The notes under the pieces were generated by a model, which saw only the letters and a list, made by a program, of their open reading frames with translations, was not told the origin of the DNA and searched no databases. This document shows positions 1 to 10,320 of a stretch of 60,660 nt of DNA, one piece after another (within the stretch, counting starts at the first letter, position 1; each line of letters starts with the position of its first letter). The position numbers were made by a program, and so were the translations under genes. Source of the stretch: Thermodesulfobacteriota bacterium (GTDB taxonomy: Bacteria > Desulfobacterota_D > UBA1144); contig JAYYZJ010000001.1 in assembly GCA_036340075.1 (NCBI GenBank), forward strand, positions 1 through 60,660, read 5' to 3'.

Positions 1-750
1 GATACATTAGTTGATTTTGAATTTTTAACAGTACTACCTATTAAGCAAAGTATTGATTTAAAACACACTTGGTTCTCACAATTTAGTTTTGCAAATGATG
101 AACAATTTGGAGATAGAAGATTTAGAGCAAATGCTGGAGGTGGTTACAGAAATTATAATGCATCAATGAATATGGTTTTAGGTTTAAACACCTTCTATGA
201 CCATGAGTTTGATTCTAACCACAACAGAGTTGGTGTTGGTGGTGAAATCAAAAAAGACTTACTTGATTTAGGTATTAATTATTATCATGCGTTAAGCGGT
301 AAAAAAACTATGAAGATTGATAACATAAGCGGAGAAGAAAGAGCACTTAGTGGTTTTGATGTTGAAGCTGGTCACCCTCTTCCGTTTCTTGAATGGACTA
401 GAGCTTTCTTTTCATATTACTACTTTGAAGGTGAAAAAGGTGAAGACCAAAAAGGCTTCCGTTACTCTACTGAGATGTTGTTGCATGATAATTTAAAATT
501 AGAGGCAGGATATAATGATGATCGTCAATCAGATGGTGTAGATCAAAATTATTGGTTTGTTAAATTTACAGTAACATCCGGAAACGATAGCGACACCCCT
601 ACTCTCTTTGGTACAAATTCAAAACCATTTTCCGATACAATATTTGGAACAAGAGATGTTAGCAAAACTCTAAAAAATAAAGTAAGAAGACGAAATAAGA
701 TTACTATTGAAAGAATACAAACCGGCGCTATGCAGGTTGGAGGTAATTAG
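1..750 (+). CDS. Inverse autotransporter (intimin/invasin-type) beta-barrel domain protein, 5'-truncated by the window edge, no passenger domain
   Basis: Frame 1 is open from base 1 (DTLVDFEFLTVLP...NAGGGYR...MVLGLNTFYDHEF...HNRVGVGGE...GFDVEAG...KVRRRNKITIE), matching intimin/invasin barrel motifs (N.G.GYR, G.N.FYD, R.G.G.E, V.R...I.LE). TAG stop at 748-750. Confidence 0.8.
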   Translation, partial: DTLVDFEFLTVLPIKQSIDLKHTWFSQFSFANDEQFGDRRFRANAGGGYRNYNASMNMVLGLNTFYDHEFDSNHNRVGVGGEIKKDLLDLGINYYHALSGKKTMKIDNISGEERALSGFDVEAGHPLPFLEWTRAFFSYYYFEGEKGEDQKGFRYSTEMLLHDNLKLEAGYNDDRQSDGVDQNYWFVKFTVTSGNDSDTPTLFGTNSKPFSDTIFGTRDVSKTLKNKVRRRNKITIERIQTGAMQVGGN

Positions 751-751
751 T

Positions 752-1534
752 ATGAGAATTTATAAGTATTTAATTATTTTTTTATCTTTGTTTTTAATTC
801 CAGTAAACAGTGCATTTTCATGTGCTTGTTCTGGTAAGACCAGTGTCCAAGTTCAAGCATGTGAGAGTTCAGAATATGGAAATAGCACATGTTATACGAG
901 CGCCTCTGTATACAAGATGACAGTAACTAGTGGTGAATTTTATAATTCTACTACTGGTGCTAGATGGGAATTAAAAAGTGGCAATGCAACATATGATATT
1001 GCTTCACAAAAATTTGATTACGTTCCACAAGTAACCAACGTTAAACCTGGGACATACGATCAATTCAGAGGGTATGCTGATAACGTATTTACTGTAAAAG
1101 GTTATTTTACAACTACTGACGATAAAAGTTGTGTTACCTATGGAGACCAAGATGAAACATATGGTGACTTTAGAGATAGTGGTATAGGCACTCTTGGAAA
1201 TCTAACCGAAGCAACTATTACTACAAAAAACTTTGGTTCAAGCACCTATTCTACTACAGACCCAAACGGTAATTTAGTTGAACTAATTGATAGTTCAGGG
1301 AACAGGTCAACTTCTGATAATGCTTCAGATAGGATTCGTGTAGTATATAATCTTCCTAGCTCAATGACACTTACAGAGACAGATAAAATTGAAGTTAAAA
1401 TGTATCTTAAACCAACAACATCAATTAGAACAACATTTGCTACTGCTGATGGTAGTGGAAAATATAATTGCACAGCGGTCGGCATGCGTGCTCCACAGTT
1501 CACAATGACAGTTACCAAAACAGCAATGGAATAG
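752..1534 (+). CDS. Secreted Thr/Ser/Gly-rich, Cys-containing hypothetical protein
   Basis: ATG at 752, 1 nt after the upstream stop, begins a signal peptide (MRIYKYLIIFLSLFLIPVNSAFS). Mature part is T/S/G rich with six Cys. The track start at 707 overlaps the upstream gene and is unlikely. Confidence 0.75.
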   Translation: MRIYKYLIIFLSLFLIPVNSAFSCACSGKTSVQVQACESSEYGNSTCYTSASVYKMTVTSGEFYNSTTGARWELKSGNATYDIASQKFDYVPQVTNVKPGTYDQFRGYADNVFTVKGYFTTTDDKSCVTYGDQDETYGDFRDSGIGTLGNLTEATITTKNFGSSTYSTTDPNGNLVELIDSSGNRSTSDNASDRIRVVYNLPSSMTLTETDKIEVKMYLKPTTSIRTTFATADGSGKYNCTAVGMRAPQFTMTVTKTAME

Positions 1535-1541
1535 TTTTAAA

Positions 1542-1967
1542 TTACATTTTATTATGAATTAATTCTATAACTTTCTTTTCTATTTCGTCTCTTATATTAT
1601 CGACTTCCTTATCTTTTTCTTTGTCTGTACCAACTAAAGTTGAAGGATCCTTTATATCCCAATAGATTTTATCTGCTTCGTAAGGAATTGTAGGACAAGA
1701 TTGACCTTGTGATTCACTACATACAAAGATTATTAAATCGAATTTTGTCCTCTTCTTCAGCATAGAACTTACTGATTTTGTTTTATTATTTGATATATCA
1801 ATTCCAATTCTTTTCATAGATTTTACAACTAATTGATTTAGTTCACCTGGTTCGATTCCAGCGCTTTCTATATTACAAGTTGATTTATTACTTATTCTTT
1901 TTAACAAAGCTTCAGCCATTTGACTCCTTGCTGAATTATGAATACAAACGAAAAGTATATTTATCAT
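1542..1967 (-). CDS. arsC: Arsenate reductase, LMW-PTPase family
   Basis: CIHNSARSQMAE P-loop, SAGIEPG, C..S...SCP and W...DP motifs. Confidence 0.85.
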   Translation of the reverse strand: MINILFVCIHNSARSQMAEALLKRISNKSTCNIESAGIEPGELNQLVVKSMKRIGIDISNNKTKSVSSMLKKRTKFDLIIFVCSESQGQSCPTIPYEADKIYWDIKDPSTLVGTDKEKDKEVDNIRDEIEKKVIELIHNKM

Positions 1968-2014
1968 TAATTTTTTACCCGATATTAATTTACCAGATAT
2001 TTAAGTTGAGGTTG

Positions 2015-2527
2015 CTATGATTCTGTTACTAAATCGATAATTTTATTTTCTTCAGATTTTAAATAGAAGTTAATTTCACCAGATTTCTCATTTATTATGG
2101 AATCTTTACTAGTAATTTTTAATTGCGCAATTGAAGATGTTGGCATATCAATTATCTTAAAATCACCAATAATTAAGGAAAGTAAATCACTTACACCTGT
2201 ATTATGGCCTATAACTGTTAGCATGTTATTTTTACTATACACCCTAATTAATTTAATTATTTCCATATAATTTGCGAGATATAACTCGTTAAGAAAAAAA
2301 ACTTTGCTATTAGAATTAAGGGAATATTCAAGAAAATTATAGGTTTCACGAGTTCTTATAGATGTGGAGCAAATAATTGTATGTCTAGGAAAATTGTATT
2401 CCTTTAAGTGGTCATTTAAATTTGAAGCGTCCACCCTTCCCTTTTCTGACAATGGTCTATCAAAGTCATCCTCAATATTTAAATCATATGAAGATTTAGA
2501 ATGTCTAACAAGATTAAGGATTTTCAT
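2015..2527 (-). CDS. sixA: SixA-like histidine phosphatase
   Basis: RHSKS, DFDRPLS..G, S...RT.ET, LY.A and IGHN motifs. Confidence 0.8.
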   Translation of the reverse strand: MKILNLVRHSKSSYDLNIEDDFDRPLSEKGRVDASNLNDHLKEYNFPRHTIICSTSIRTRETYNFLEYSLNSNSKVFFLNELYLANYMEIIKLIRVYSKNNMLTVIGHNTGVSDLLSLIIGDFKIIDMPTSSIAQLKITSKDSIINEKSGEINFYLKSEENKIIDLVTES

Positions 2528-2584
2528 AATTTCATTATACGCTAAATTTAATTTGTGATATATTAAAAATAATACTTATTTAAT

Positions 2585-2851
2585 ATGACTAAGAAATTAA
2601 TTTTAAAGTCTTTCGACATTTATATTGCAATTACATTGTTATTCTTTTTATATAAATCATTAGTTGTGATTTATTTGCTAGAAGACAAATTGTTTCTTAT
2701 AACTTCAGTAGTCTTTTTCCCAATTACAGCTGTTTTTTATCCTTTATTTTTAGTTTTTAGTTATAAATATTCAACCTTATTCTATTATCAAGTTATATTT
2801 TGTTTCTTTCCTATTATTTTTAGAATATTGTATAGGAGTAAAAAGGATTAA
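2585..2851 (+). CDS. Small hypothetical membrane protein
   Basis: 88-aa ORF with about three hydrophobic segments, filling the space between genes. Confidence 0.5.
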   Translation: MTKKLILKSFDIYIAITLLFFLYKSLVVIYLLEDKLFLITSVVFFPITAVFYPLFLVFSYKYSTLFYYQVIFCFFPIIFRILYRSKKD

Positions 2852-2854
2852 TTA

Positions 2855-3178
2855 ATGATCAAAGTTATCTTATTTTTCATATGTTTAACTTCAACTTCAT
2901 ATTCAGGAGTTCTGGATTTTTTAAAATCAGAAAAACCCCTCTCTTTCGAGAAGTTTATCTTTAAATATTCATTAAAAGGTGTAGTTGCAATGAATTTAAG
3001 ACAGTTGAAAAAAATAAATGCAGAGTTATGTGACGATGACTTTTCCGTAAGAAATAAAAAGAATTCAAAATGTACTTTTAAATTTTTACCACCTAACAAA
3101 GTTGAGATATTTATAAAAGAAAACAGAAAGGAAAAAACTATAATTTATGATTTAAATGATAGAAAAATTAATAATTAA
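2855..3178 (+). CDS. Hypothetical exported protein
   Basis: Signal-like N-terminus (MIKVILFFICLTSTSYS); 3 nt after the previous ORF. Confidence 0.5.
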   Translation: MIKVILFFICLTSTSYSGVLDFLKSEKPLSFEKFIFKYSLKGVVAMNLRQLKKINAELCDDDFSVRNKKNSKCTFKFLPPNKVEIFIKENRKEKTIIYDLNDRKINN

Positions 3179-3184
3179 TAATTT

Positions 3185-3712
3185 TTATAATGAATCAAGA
3201 TAGCCTCTCTTTCTAATAATCCGGATTTTCTTTTTTACTTTGCTTATATAAAGACTTTTTTGTTCACTGTAACTTCTAAGACCGTTAGCCAGACTTATAG
3301 CATCGACATGTCCCCACAATGCCAATTCTATCCTTCTTATATCTCTAAATATTTGATAATTGTCTGATTTGTTAAGATTGTCTATATAGTCAGATACAGA
3401 ATCACATGGTGTTTTGTATACTACTAAACCAAAATTAGCGTTCGGATTCTTTAATGGCTTTAGTTGTCTTCTTTTCGAATCCCATGTTCTTATACCAAAA
3501 AAATTATTACCTTCAATGGCAAATCTAGATTGACCCCAATTTGATTCAAGTATTGCTTGAGCCAATATTAAATCAATTGGAATATAGTCTTTAGAATCGA
3601 AATTCTTTTGAATATTGGCAGAACAACTTTGAATCATTTTTACAAAATCATTATTCGAAGCAAAGCTAATAGAACTTATAGAAAAAAATAATAAAAATAA
3701 AAGAAGTTTCAT
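3185..3712 (-). CDS. Glucosaminidase-domain (GH73, Bax-like) exported protein
   Basis: IP..LILAQAILESNWGQSRFA.EGNNFFG, SV..YI.NLN and L..YSE....Y motifs. Signal peptide starts at ATG 3712 (MKLLLFLLFF). Confidence 0.8.
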   Translation of the reverse strand: MKLLLFLLFFSISSISFASNNDFVKMIQSCSANIQKNFDSKDYIPIDLILAQAILESNWGQSRFAIEGNNFFGIRTWDSKRRQLKPLKNPNANFGLVVYKTPCDSVSDYIDNLNKSDNYQIFRDIRRIELALWGHVDAISLANGLRSYSEQKSLYISKVKKKIRIIRKRGYLDSL

Positions 3713-3804
3713 ATTTAGAATATCTATAACTATCAAATTTTATTTGTATAAGTCAACTTTTTTATAACATTTTATTAACCAATTAAATAATATAAAATTA
3801 AAAA

Positions 3805-4218
3805 ATGAATATTAAGTGGCTTTTATTTTCATCAGATGGGACATTAAGCAGAAAAGACTTTTGGAGGTCTATTTTAATTATGTATTCTGTTCCATATTTG
3901 CTTACCTTGATAGGCGATGAAATTTTTATACAAACAGACTTAAATGAGATGACGTTTGTATTATTTTTTATGGCAAAAATGTTACCCAGATTACTAGCTG
4001 TATTTGTTTTGGCATGCACTTATTATATCGCTAAAAAAAGAATAAATGAGATAAATGGATCAGCTTGGATTCCCATAATTTATATAATTTCAATCTTTCT
4101 TCCAACGTTTTTAATTGCAGCAGGATTAGAGAATATAGCTATACTCTCGGGGATAGTCCCAATTGTTCTAACTTTTTATCTTGGTTTGGCAACACCAAAT
4201 AAATCCAATTTAGGTTAA
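3805..4218 (+). CDS. DUF805-like inner membrane protein
   Basis: LLFS.DG.LSRKDFW and KR..EINGSAW (compare R.HD...SGW) motifs; hydrophobic helices. Confidence 0.65.
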   Translation: MNIKWLLFSSDGTLSRKDFWRSILIMYSVPYLLTLIGDEIFIQTDLNEMTFVLFFMAKMLPRLLAVFVLACTYYIAKKRINEINGSAWIPIIYIISIFLPTFLIAAGLENIAILSGIVPIVLTFYLGLATPNKSNLG

Positions 4219-4233
4219 AATGTATTATTAATT

Positions 4234-4923
4234 ATGATAAAAACCAATGAAAAAATTATATTGATTACTGGAGCCTCTAGAGGTATAGGAAAAGCTATTG
4301 CTGAAAGTATTAGTGGTATCAAGATAGTAACAAGCCGAGATTCTAATTCTGTAAAAAATATAGGAGATTTCCAATATTCTTTAGACCTTAATTCTCTTGA
4401 AAATATAAAAATGTTTGTAGAACAAATTTTTAGAGATTTTTCTAGAATCGATGTCTTAATAAATAATGCTGGTATATTAGGAGAAATTGGAACTCTTGAA
4501 GAATCATCATTTGATTCATGGAATGAGGTTATGGATTGCAACTTGAATAATCAATTCTTTCTAACCAAAGAATTGTTGCCACTATTAAAAAAATCAAAAA
4601 AAGGTTCTATTATAAATGTAAGTTCAAGTGTCGGAAGAACACCAAGGAAACAATGGGGGGCCTATGCTGTCTCAAAAGCAGGATTAGAAGCAATGACAAC
4701 AATCCTTTCCGAAGAGCTTTCAGAATATTCGATAATAGTAAATTCTGTTAACCCTGGTGGAACAGCTACAGAAATGAGAAAACAAGCGGTTCCCAATGAA
4801 GATCAATCGAAATTACCTCAACCCAAAGATGTTGTCTCAATTTTTAATTATTTATCTAGTGACAAAGCAATTGAAACAGGTAAACAATTTAACGCAAGGG
4901 ATTATCTCAATAAGGAGTTTTAA
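4234..4923 (+). CDS. Short-chain dehydrogenase/reductase, YciK-like
   Basis: [27 protein letters not shown] and NPGGT.T.MR motifs. Confidence 0.85.
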   Translation: MIKTNEKIILITGASRGIGKAIAESISGIKIVTSRDSNSVKNIGDFQYSLDLNSLENIKMFVEQIFRDFSRIDVLINNAGILGEIGTLEESSFDSWNEVMDCNLNNQFFLTKELLPLLKKSKKGSIINVSSSVGRTPRKQWGAYAVSKAGLEAMTTILSEELSEYSIIVNSVNPGGTATEMRKQAVPNEDQSKLPQPKDVVSIFNYLSSDKAIETGKQFNARDYLNKEF

Positions 4924-4924
4924 T

Positions 4925-5251
4925 ATGCCAATTTACGAATACAAGTGTTTAAAATGCGAGATTATATTTGAAGAACTTCAGTCTTTCAATGATCCAGATT
5001 TAACAAAATGTCCTCACTGCAAAAAAGGAAAAGTCGAAAAACTAATTTCTTTATCATCTTTTCAGTTAAAAGGCGATGGATGGTACTCAACTGATTATGC
5101 TAAAAAAACAAAAGCCGTTCATACTGCCCCTCCATCAGATGGGATGGATGCCACAAAACAATCAATTGATTCAGCATCTGGTAAAAAAGATAATAAATCT
5201 GTAGCAGACTCGATAAGCAAGGATGTAAACAAAGCAAGAGGAAAAAAGTAA
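4925..5251 (+). CDS. FmdB-family zinc ribbon protein
   Basis: MPIYEYKC..C...FE...CP.C...KLIS..SFQLKG.GWY.TDY. Real start is ATG 4925. Confidence 0.9.
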   Translation: MPIYEYKCLKCEIIFEELQSFNDPDLTKCPHCKKGKVEKLISLSSFQLKGDGWYSTDYAKKTKAVHTAPPSDGMDATKQSIDSASGKKDNKSVADSISKDVNKARGKK

Positions 5252-5254
5252 TTT

Positions 5255-5806
5255 CTAACTTAATTTGGTGAATAGTTTGTTTAACTCTTTTTCTTTTGTT
5301 GAATCATTGATAAGTTTAAATTGATTTACCTTTATTTTTTCTTTTATTTTAAACCAAGATAAACATCCTCGTGCTTCTTCTGGTTCGTACTCTACTACTT
5401 TAGAGGTATTCATTTTGTTTAATTCAATTAAATAACAGTATAGAGGATTTTTTTGTCTAAAATTAAATCTATCAATTAAATATGATTTCTCCCAAAGATG
5501 GTATTGATCCAAAAAATCTAATTTGTCTATCGTGTCAATCAATAGAGTATTTTTTATCTTTCCTATATATAAAAGATTAAAATATCCGGGATAAGAAACA
5601 GAGGTCTCACTTAAATATTTACTGTATTCAGGTTTTACTGTAGTTTTGGATTCATGCTCATATGTTTCAAAAATACCAAAATAGGATTCAACATTTTGAA
5701 AAGTCTTTTCATGAATCCCACCTTTTCTAAATATTAGCGGAATCCCCGTATCTTCATAAAATCTAATAGCAGATGACCATTCTTTTAGTATTGTTTGTAT
5801 AATCAT
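5255..5806 (-). CDS. DUF1802-family protein
   Basis: LKEW, RKGGIHE, F.TYEHE, H.W....L..RF and GC.SW motifs. Confidence 0.8.
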   Translation of the reverse strand: MIIQTILKEWSSAIRFYEDTGIPLIFRKGGIHEKTFQNVESYFGIFETYEHESKTTVKPEYSKYLSETSVSYPGYFNLLYIGKIKNTLLIDTIDKLDFLDQYHLWEKSYLIDRFNFRQKNPLYCYLIELNKMNTSKVVEYEPEEARGCLSWFKIKEKIKVNQFKLINDSTKEKELNKLFTKLS

Positions 5807-5808
5807 CG

Positions 5809-6462
5809 TTATAATTTCTTTTTAAATGTTACTTTCTGACTACCTACTTTTAACAGAAAATAACTTTCCTTCCCTATCCTGTAAGCACTTATAAACATTA
5901 TTGATGCAATTATAACTCCAACTAAAATATCCGGCCAGTTAGTATTAAATAAATAAACAAGATACGCTGAACAAATAATTAGAATATTACCAATTGCATC
6001 GTTTCTACAACATATATAAGCACTTTTAATATTGATATCTTTATCCTTAAAGGTTCCCATAAAAATAACTGTAGAAATATTTACGAGTAGTGCTGCTATT
6101 CCTATAGTCCCAACTAAAAAATGAGAAGGGATTTCACCAGTATGGAAATTTAAAAAAGCATGATAAAGAGCTAAGCAAGCAAAAAATATCCAAAAGGCGC
6201 ATTTTACAAGGGCTAATTGAGATTTGGTCTTAAGAGATGCGTTTATAAGAAAAAGACTAGACCCAAGAATAATTGCGTCTCCTACATTATGACCACTGTC
6301 ACTTAACAAAGCTGCGGAACTTTCAATAATTCCATAAAATAGCTCAATACCGAAAATAATAAAATTTAAGAAAAAAGCTAGGAATAATGCATTTCTTTCA
6401 CAGAAGTAGCAGTCAGTATCAAATGAATGACCTGAATTTAAGCAAAGTCTTAGCTTTTTCAT
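5809..6462 (-). CDS. Cation diffusion facilitator (CDF) metal transporter, short form
   Basis: S.ALLSD..H..GD and D.NI.SA..C.RND..GN motifs, WPD..G; about six TM segments. Start placed at 6462 (6465 or 6477 possible). Confidence 0.8.
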   Translation of the reverse strand: MKKLRLCLNSGHSFDTDCYFCERNALFLAFFLNFIIFGIELFYGIIESSAALLSDSGHNVGDAIILGSSLFLINASLKTKSQLALVKCAFWIFFACLALYHAFLNFHTGEIPSHFLVGTIGIAALLVNISTVIFMGTFKDKDINIKSAYICCRNDAIGNILIICSAYLVYLFNTNWPDILVGVIIASIMFISAYRIGKESYFLLKVGSQKVTFKKKL

Positions 6463-6486
6463 CATTTTATTATACATTAAATATAA

Positions 6487-7281
6487 ATGAACTTAGAGAT
6501 TGAGAATAAGTTTGCTATTGTTTGTGCTTCATCTAAAGGTTTAGGTTTTGCGATTGCCAATTCTCTTTTAAATGAAGGAGTAAAAGTTTTGATTTGTTCA
6601 TCAAAAAAAACAAGTCTAGATGAAGCTTCTAGTCAACTTATAAATAATGGATTTCAAAATAATTTTCACACTTACCATGCTGATCTTTCATCTACTGAAG
6701 GTGTAGTAGGATTATTCAAGTTTGCTTTATCAAAAACTATCAATATTGATATTTTAATAAACAATTGTGGAGGACCAGACCCAGGCGATATAGAAGAGCT
6801 TAACGAAAGTCAACTAGATGAAGCTATCAATAAAAATTTAAAAAGTACTTTTACACTTACAAAGCTTGTTCTGCCTATCATGCAAAATAATAATTGGGGT
6901 AGGATTATCAACATTACTTCTTCGTCAGCAAAGCAACCTATAGATGGATTATTGTTGTCAAATATTACCAGAGCAGCTGTTACAGGATTTGCTAAATCTA
7001 TTTCTAATCAATATGCAAAATATAATATTTTAGTTAACAATGTTTTACCAGGAAGGATTATTACTAATAGAATAATTGAATTGGCCGAAAAAAAAGCAAA
7101 AGAGACGGGTAAACCTATAGAGATGGTACTGGATTCAATGGGAAATGATTTACCTATAGGAAGGTTGGGCAAACCGGATGAGTTTGCTTCTATGGTTACT
7201 TTTTTGTGTTCTGAAAAAGCTAGCTATATAACTGGAAACTCTATTAATATTGATGGAGGATTGATTAAATCTATTTTTTAG
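6487..7281 (+). CDS. Short-chain dehydrogenase/reductase
   Basis: ASSKGLG, NNCGGP, WGRIINITS, P.GRLG.P.E and ASYITG..I.IDGG motifs. Confidence 0.9.
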   Translation: MNLEIENKFAIVCASSKGLGFAIANSLLNEGVKVLICSSKKTSLDEASSQLINNGFQNNFHTYHADLSSTEGVVGLFKFALSKTINIDILINNCGGPDPGDIEELNESQLDEAINKNLKSTFTLTKLVLPIMQNNNWGRIINITSSSAKQPIDGLLLSNITRAAVTGFAKSISNQYAKYNILVNNVLPGRIITNRIIELAEKKAKETGKPIEMVLDSMGNDLPIGRLGKPDEFASMVTFLCSEKASYITGNSINIDGGLIKSIF

Positions 7282-7299
7282 AGAGTAATTTTATTTATT

Positions 7300-7494
7300 A
7301 TGACTTTTAAAGAAATATTGAAGCAGACAGATGATCAAGTTTTAAAAGGCTTGATACTAAAAGTTAAAAATGAAACTATGAAAGATGACATAGAATGGAA
7401 AATCGTAAGAAAAACCTTAAAGGAGCTATTAGAGTATGATGAGATTATATTTTCATCAGTGGTTGCTTTGATAGTAAATAAGAAATACAAATAA
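7300..7494 (+). CDS. Small hypothetical protein
   Basis: 64-aa ORF whose stop overlaps the cysK start (TAATG). Confidence 0.55.
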   Translation: MTFKEILKQTDDQVLKGLILKVKNETMKDDIEWKIVRKTLKELLEYDEIIFSSVVALIVNKKYK

Positions 7495-8414
7495 TGAAAG
7501 TCTTTAATAGCATTCTTGAAACAATTGGTAAGACATCTCTTATTAAACTTGAAAATCTTTATGAAAATCAGAGTGTGGAGATTTATGGAAAATTTGAAAG
7601 CTTAAACCCTGGTGGAAGCATTAAGGACAGAATTTGTCTTAATATGATTAACAAGGCTGAAGAAGAAGGATTAATTAATCCTAAAACTACAACGATAATA
7701 GAACCCACAAGTGGCAATACAGGGATTGGTCTTGCATTGATATGTGCTGCTAAAGGATATAAATTGATTCTAGCTATGCCTGAAGACATGAGTGAGGAAA
7801 GAAGAATGATGTTGACAGCTTATGGAGCTAAAGTTGTTTTAACGCCAAAGGAAGACCAAATGCAAGGATCCATTGATAAATGTAAAGAACTATTGGATGA
7901 AATCAAAGATTCTTTTTCTCCTAAACAATTTGATAACAAAAATAATCCAGAGGTTCATAAAAAAACGACAGCAATTGAGATTCTAGAACAAATGGATTCA
8001 AAACTCGATGCTTTCGTGGCTGGTGTCGGAACTGGAGGTACAATTTCAGGAGTAGGAACTGTTTTAAAATCAAACTTCCCTGAAATTCGAATTGTAGCAG
8101 TCGAGCCAGACGAGTGCCCCACTCTAACTTCTGGTGAATCATCAACGCATTTAATTCAAGGTATTGGAGCAGGTTTTATTCCTAATACTTTGGATCAAGA
8201 ATCATACGATGAAATAATTCGAATAAAAGGTAAAGATGCAATCAAGATGACAAAAGATTTAGCTAAAAATCTTGGTCTTTTTGTTGGCATTTCTGCTGGA
8301 GCCAATGTTCTTGCTTCAATAGAACTATCAAAGACTATGAATCCAGGAGATAAAATTGTTACTATTTTATGTGATACTGGTGAGAGATACCTGAGTACTG
8401 GTATCTTTAGTTAG
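7494..8414 (+). CDS. cysK: Cysteine synthase A
   Basis: NPGGSIKDR (PLP lysine), EPTSGNTGIGLA, GVGTGGT, HLIQGIGAGFIP and ERYLST motifs. Confidence 0.95.
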   Translation: MKVFNSILETIGKTSLIKLENLYENQSVEIYGKFESLNPGGSIKDRICLNMINKAEEEGLINPKTTTIIEPTSGNTGIGLALICAAKGYKLILAMPEDMSEERRMMLTAYGAKVVLTPKEDQMQGSIDKCKELLDEIKDSFSPKQFDNKNNPEVHKKTTAIEILEQMDSKLDAFVAGVGTGGTISGVGTVLKSNFPEIRIVAVEPDECPTLTSGESSTHLIQGIGAGFIPNTLDQESYDEIIRIKGKDAIKMTKDLAKNLGLFVGISAGANVLASIELSKTMNPGDKIVTILCDTGERYLSTGIFS

Positions 8415-8436
8415 ATTTATTGGTTATATTTTAGAT

Positions 8437-10314
8437 ATGAATAATATGTTTTTAAGGAATTTATTTGTATGGTTTATTATTTTTGCTTCTTTAATGGGTG
8501 CTTACCAGCTTCTATCAGAAGGAAAGAAGACCTATTCCGATATTCAATATAGTCAATTCCTTAGTATTGTAGAAAGTGGCCAAGTCCTTGAGCTAGAAAT
8601 TAAAGGAAATGAAATTACTGGTCAGTATCTTGTTCCATCAGCTGATGGAAAACCGCAATTTTTTAAGACTTTTGGACCTGTTGGTGACGATCTTTTAAAA
8701 ACTTTATCTAATAAAAAGATTGCCTTTAATTTTATTTCAAATGAAAATAGTGGCCTACTCTCCTTTTTAGCTAATTGGGCACCTATGATTATTTTAATAC
8801 TCCTTATGGTTTTCTTCATAAGACAATTGCAAGCAGGTGGAAAAGGAGCAATGAGTTTTGGAAAAAGTAAAGCAAGAATGCTTTCAAAAGAAGACAACAA
8901 AAAAACTTTTGCTGATGTTGCAGGAATTGATGAATCAAAAGAAGAAGTTCAAGAAATTGTAGAATTTTTAAAAAACCCAAAGAAGTTTACAAATTTAGGT
9001 GGACGTATACCTAAAGGTATCTTGTTAGTTGGTGCACCTGGAACAGGTAAAACTTTACTTGCTAGAGCTATTGCGGGTGAAGCAGGAGTAGCTTTCTTTA
9101 TAATAAGCGGAAGCGATTTTGTTGAGATGTTTGTTGGTGTTGGTGCTTCAAGAGTAAGAGATTTATTTTCGCAAGCGAAAAAGAATTCACCCTGTATTGT
9201 TTTTGTAGATGAACTTGATGCTGTAGGTAGACATAGAGGAGCCGGATTAGGTGGTGGTCATGACGAAAGAGAGCAAACTTTAAATCAACTACTTGTAGAA
9301 ATGGATGGTTTTGAATCAACTTCTGGAATAATAGTTATTGCTGCTACAAACAGACCTGATGTTTTAGATCCAGCTTTATTGAGACCCGGAAGGTTTGACA
9401 GGCAAGTTGTAGTGCCAAGACCTGATGTCAAAGGAAGAGAAGAAATACTGAAAGTTCACACAAAAGATGTTCCTCTCGATGACAAGGTAAGCCTGGAAAT
9501 ATTAGCAAGATCAACTCCTGGTTTTTCTGGTGCAGATATTGAAAATTTGATTAATGAAGCTGCTTTGAGGGCTGCTAGAACTGATAAAACTAAAATAACA
9601 ATGAACGAGTTAGAATTCGCGAAAGATAAAGTTTTAATGGGTGTAGAAAGAAAAAGTATGGTAATAAGTGAAAAGGAAAGAGAAATTACTGCTTACCATG
9701 AAGCTGGCCATGCTCTTGTTGCAAAATTAACTCCCGGAACTGATCCAGTACATAAAGTAAGCATAATTCCTAGAGGTATGGCATTAGGTGTAACACAACA
9801 ATTACCAACCGAAGACAAGTATATGTTATCTAGAGATTATTTGATTAAATCAATACGTGTACTTCTTGCTGGAAGAGCTGCTGAAGAAATAATTTTCAAC
9901 GAAAGAACAACTGGTGCAGGTAATGATTTAGAGCGAGCTACTGAGATGGCTAGAAAAATGGTTACCGAATGGGGTATGTCAGAGAAAGTTGGACCTGTAA
10001 GACTAGCACAGAAAGAAGGTGAAGTTTTCTTGGGGAAAGAAATGGGTTCCAGACAAGATTATAGCGAAGCGACTAGCCTCGAAGTTGACAATGAAATAAA
10101 AGATATAATCGTTAATGCGTATAGTAATGCAATTAATTTGTTAAAAGAAAACGAAAAAGCCCTGCATGCTTTAGCTAAACTGCTTCTGGACAAGGAAGTT
10201 GTAGATGCAAAAGATTTAGATGAAATCTTGAACCCGCCTTCGTCAAACGATAGCACTCCAGATGTTTCTGGATTTAGTCCGCATGCAACTACGGCTTTCA
10301 ATAAGATAAATTAA
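8437..10314 (+). CDS. ftsH: ATP-dependent zinc metalloprotease FtsH
   Basis: Two TM segments, [25 protein letters not shown] and HEAGH. Confidence 0.98.
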   Translation: MNNMFLRNLFVWFIIFASLMGAYQLLSEGKKTYSDIQYSQFLSIVESGQVLELEIKGNEITGQYLVPSADGKPQFFKTFGPVGDDLLKTLSNKKIAFNFISNENSGLLSFLANWAPMIILILLMVFFIRQLQAGGKGAMSFGKSKARMLSKEDNKKTFADVAGIDESKEEVQEIVEFLKNPKKFTNLGGRIPKGILLVGAPGTGKTLLARAIAGEAGVAFFIISGSDFVEMFVGVGASRVRDLFSQAKKNSPCIVFVDELDAVGRHRGAGLGGGHDEREQTLNQLLVEMDGFESTSGIIVIAATNRPDVLDPALLRPGRFDRQVVVPRPDVKGREEILKVHTKDVPLDDKVSLEILARSTPGFSGADIENLINEAALRAARTDKTKITMNELEFAKDKVLMGVERKSMVISEKEREITAYHEAGHALVAKLTPGTDPVHKVSIIPRGMALGVTQQLPTEDKYMLSRDYLIKSIRVLLAGRAAEEIIFNERTTGAGNDLERATEMARKMVTEWGMSEKVGPVRLAQKEGEVFLGKEMGSRQDYSEATSLEVDNEIKDIIVNAYSNAINLLKENEKALHALAKLLLDKEVVDAKDLDEILNPPSSNDSTPDVSGFSPHATTAFNKIN

Positions 10315-10320
10315 AAATTA

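Noticed and set aside
1542..1967. Arsenic resistance island
   Set aside because: arsC is solitary here, with no arsR, arsB or acr3 nearby.
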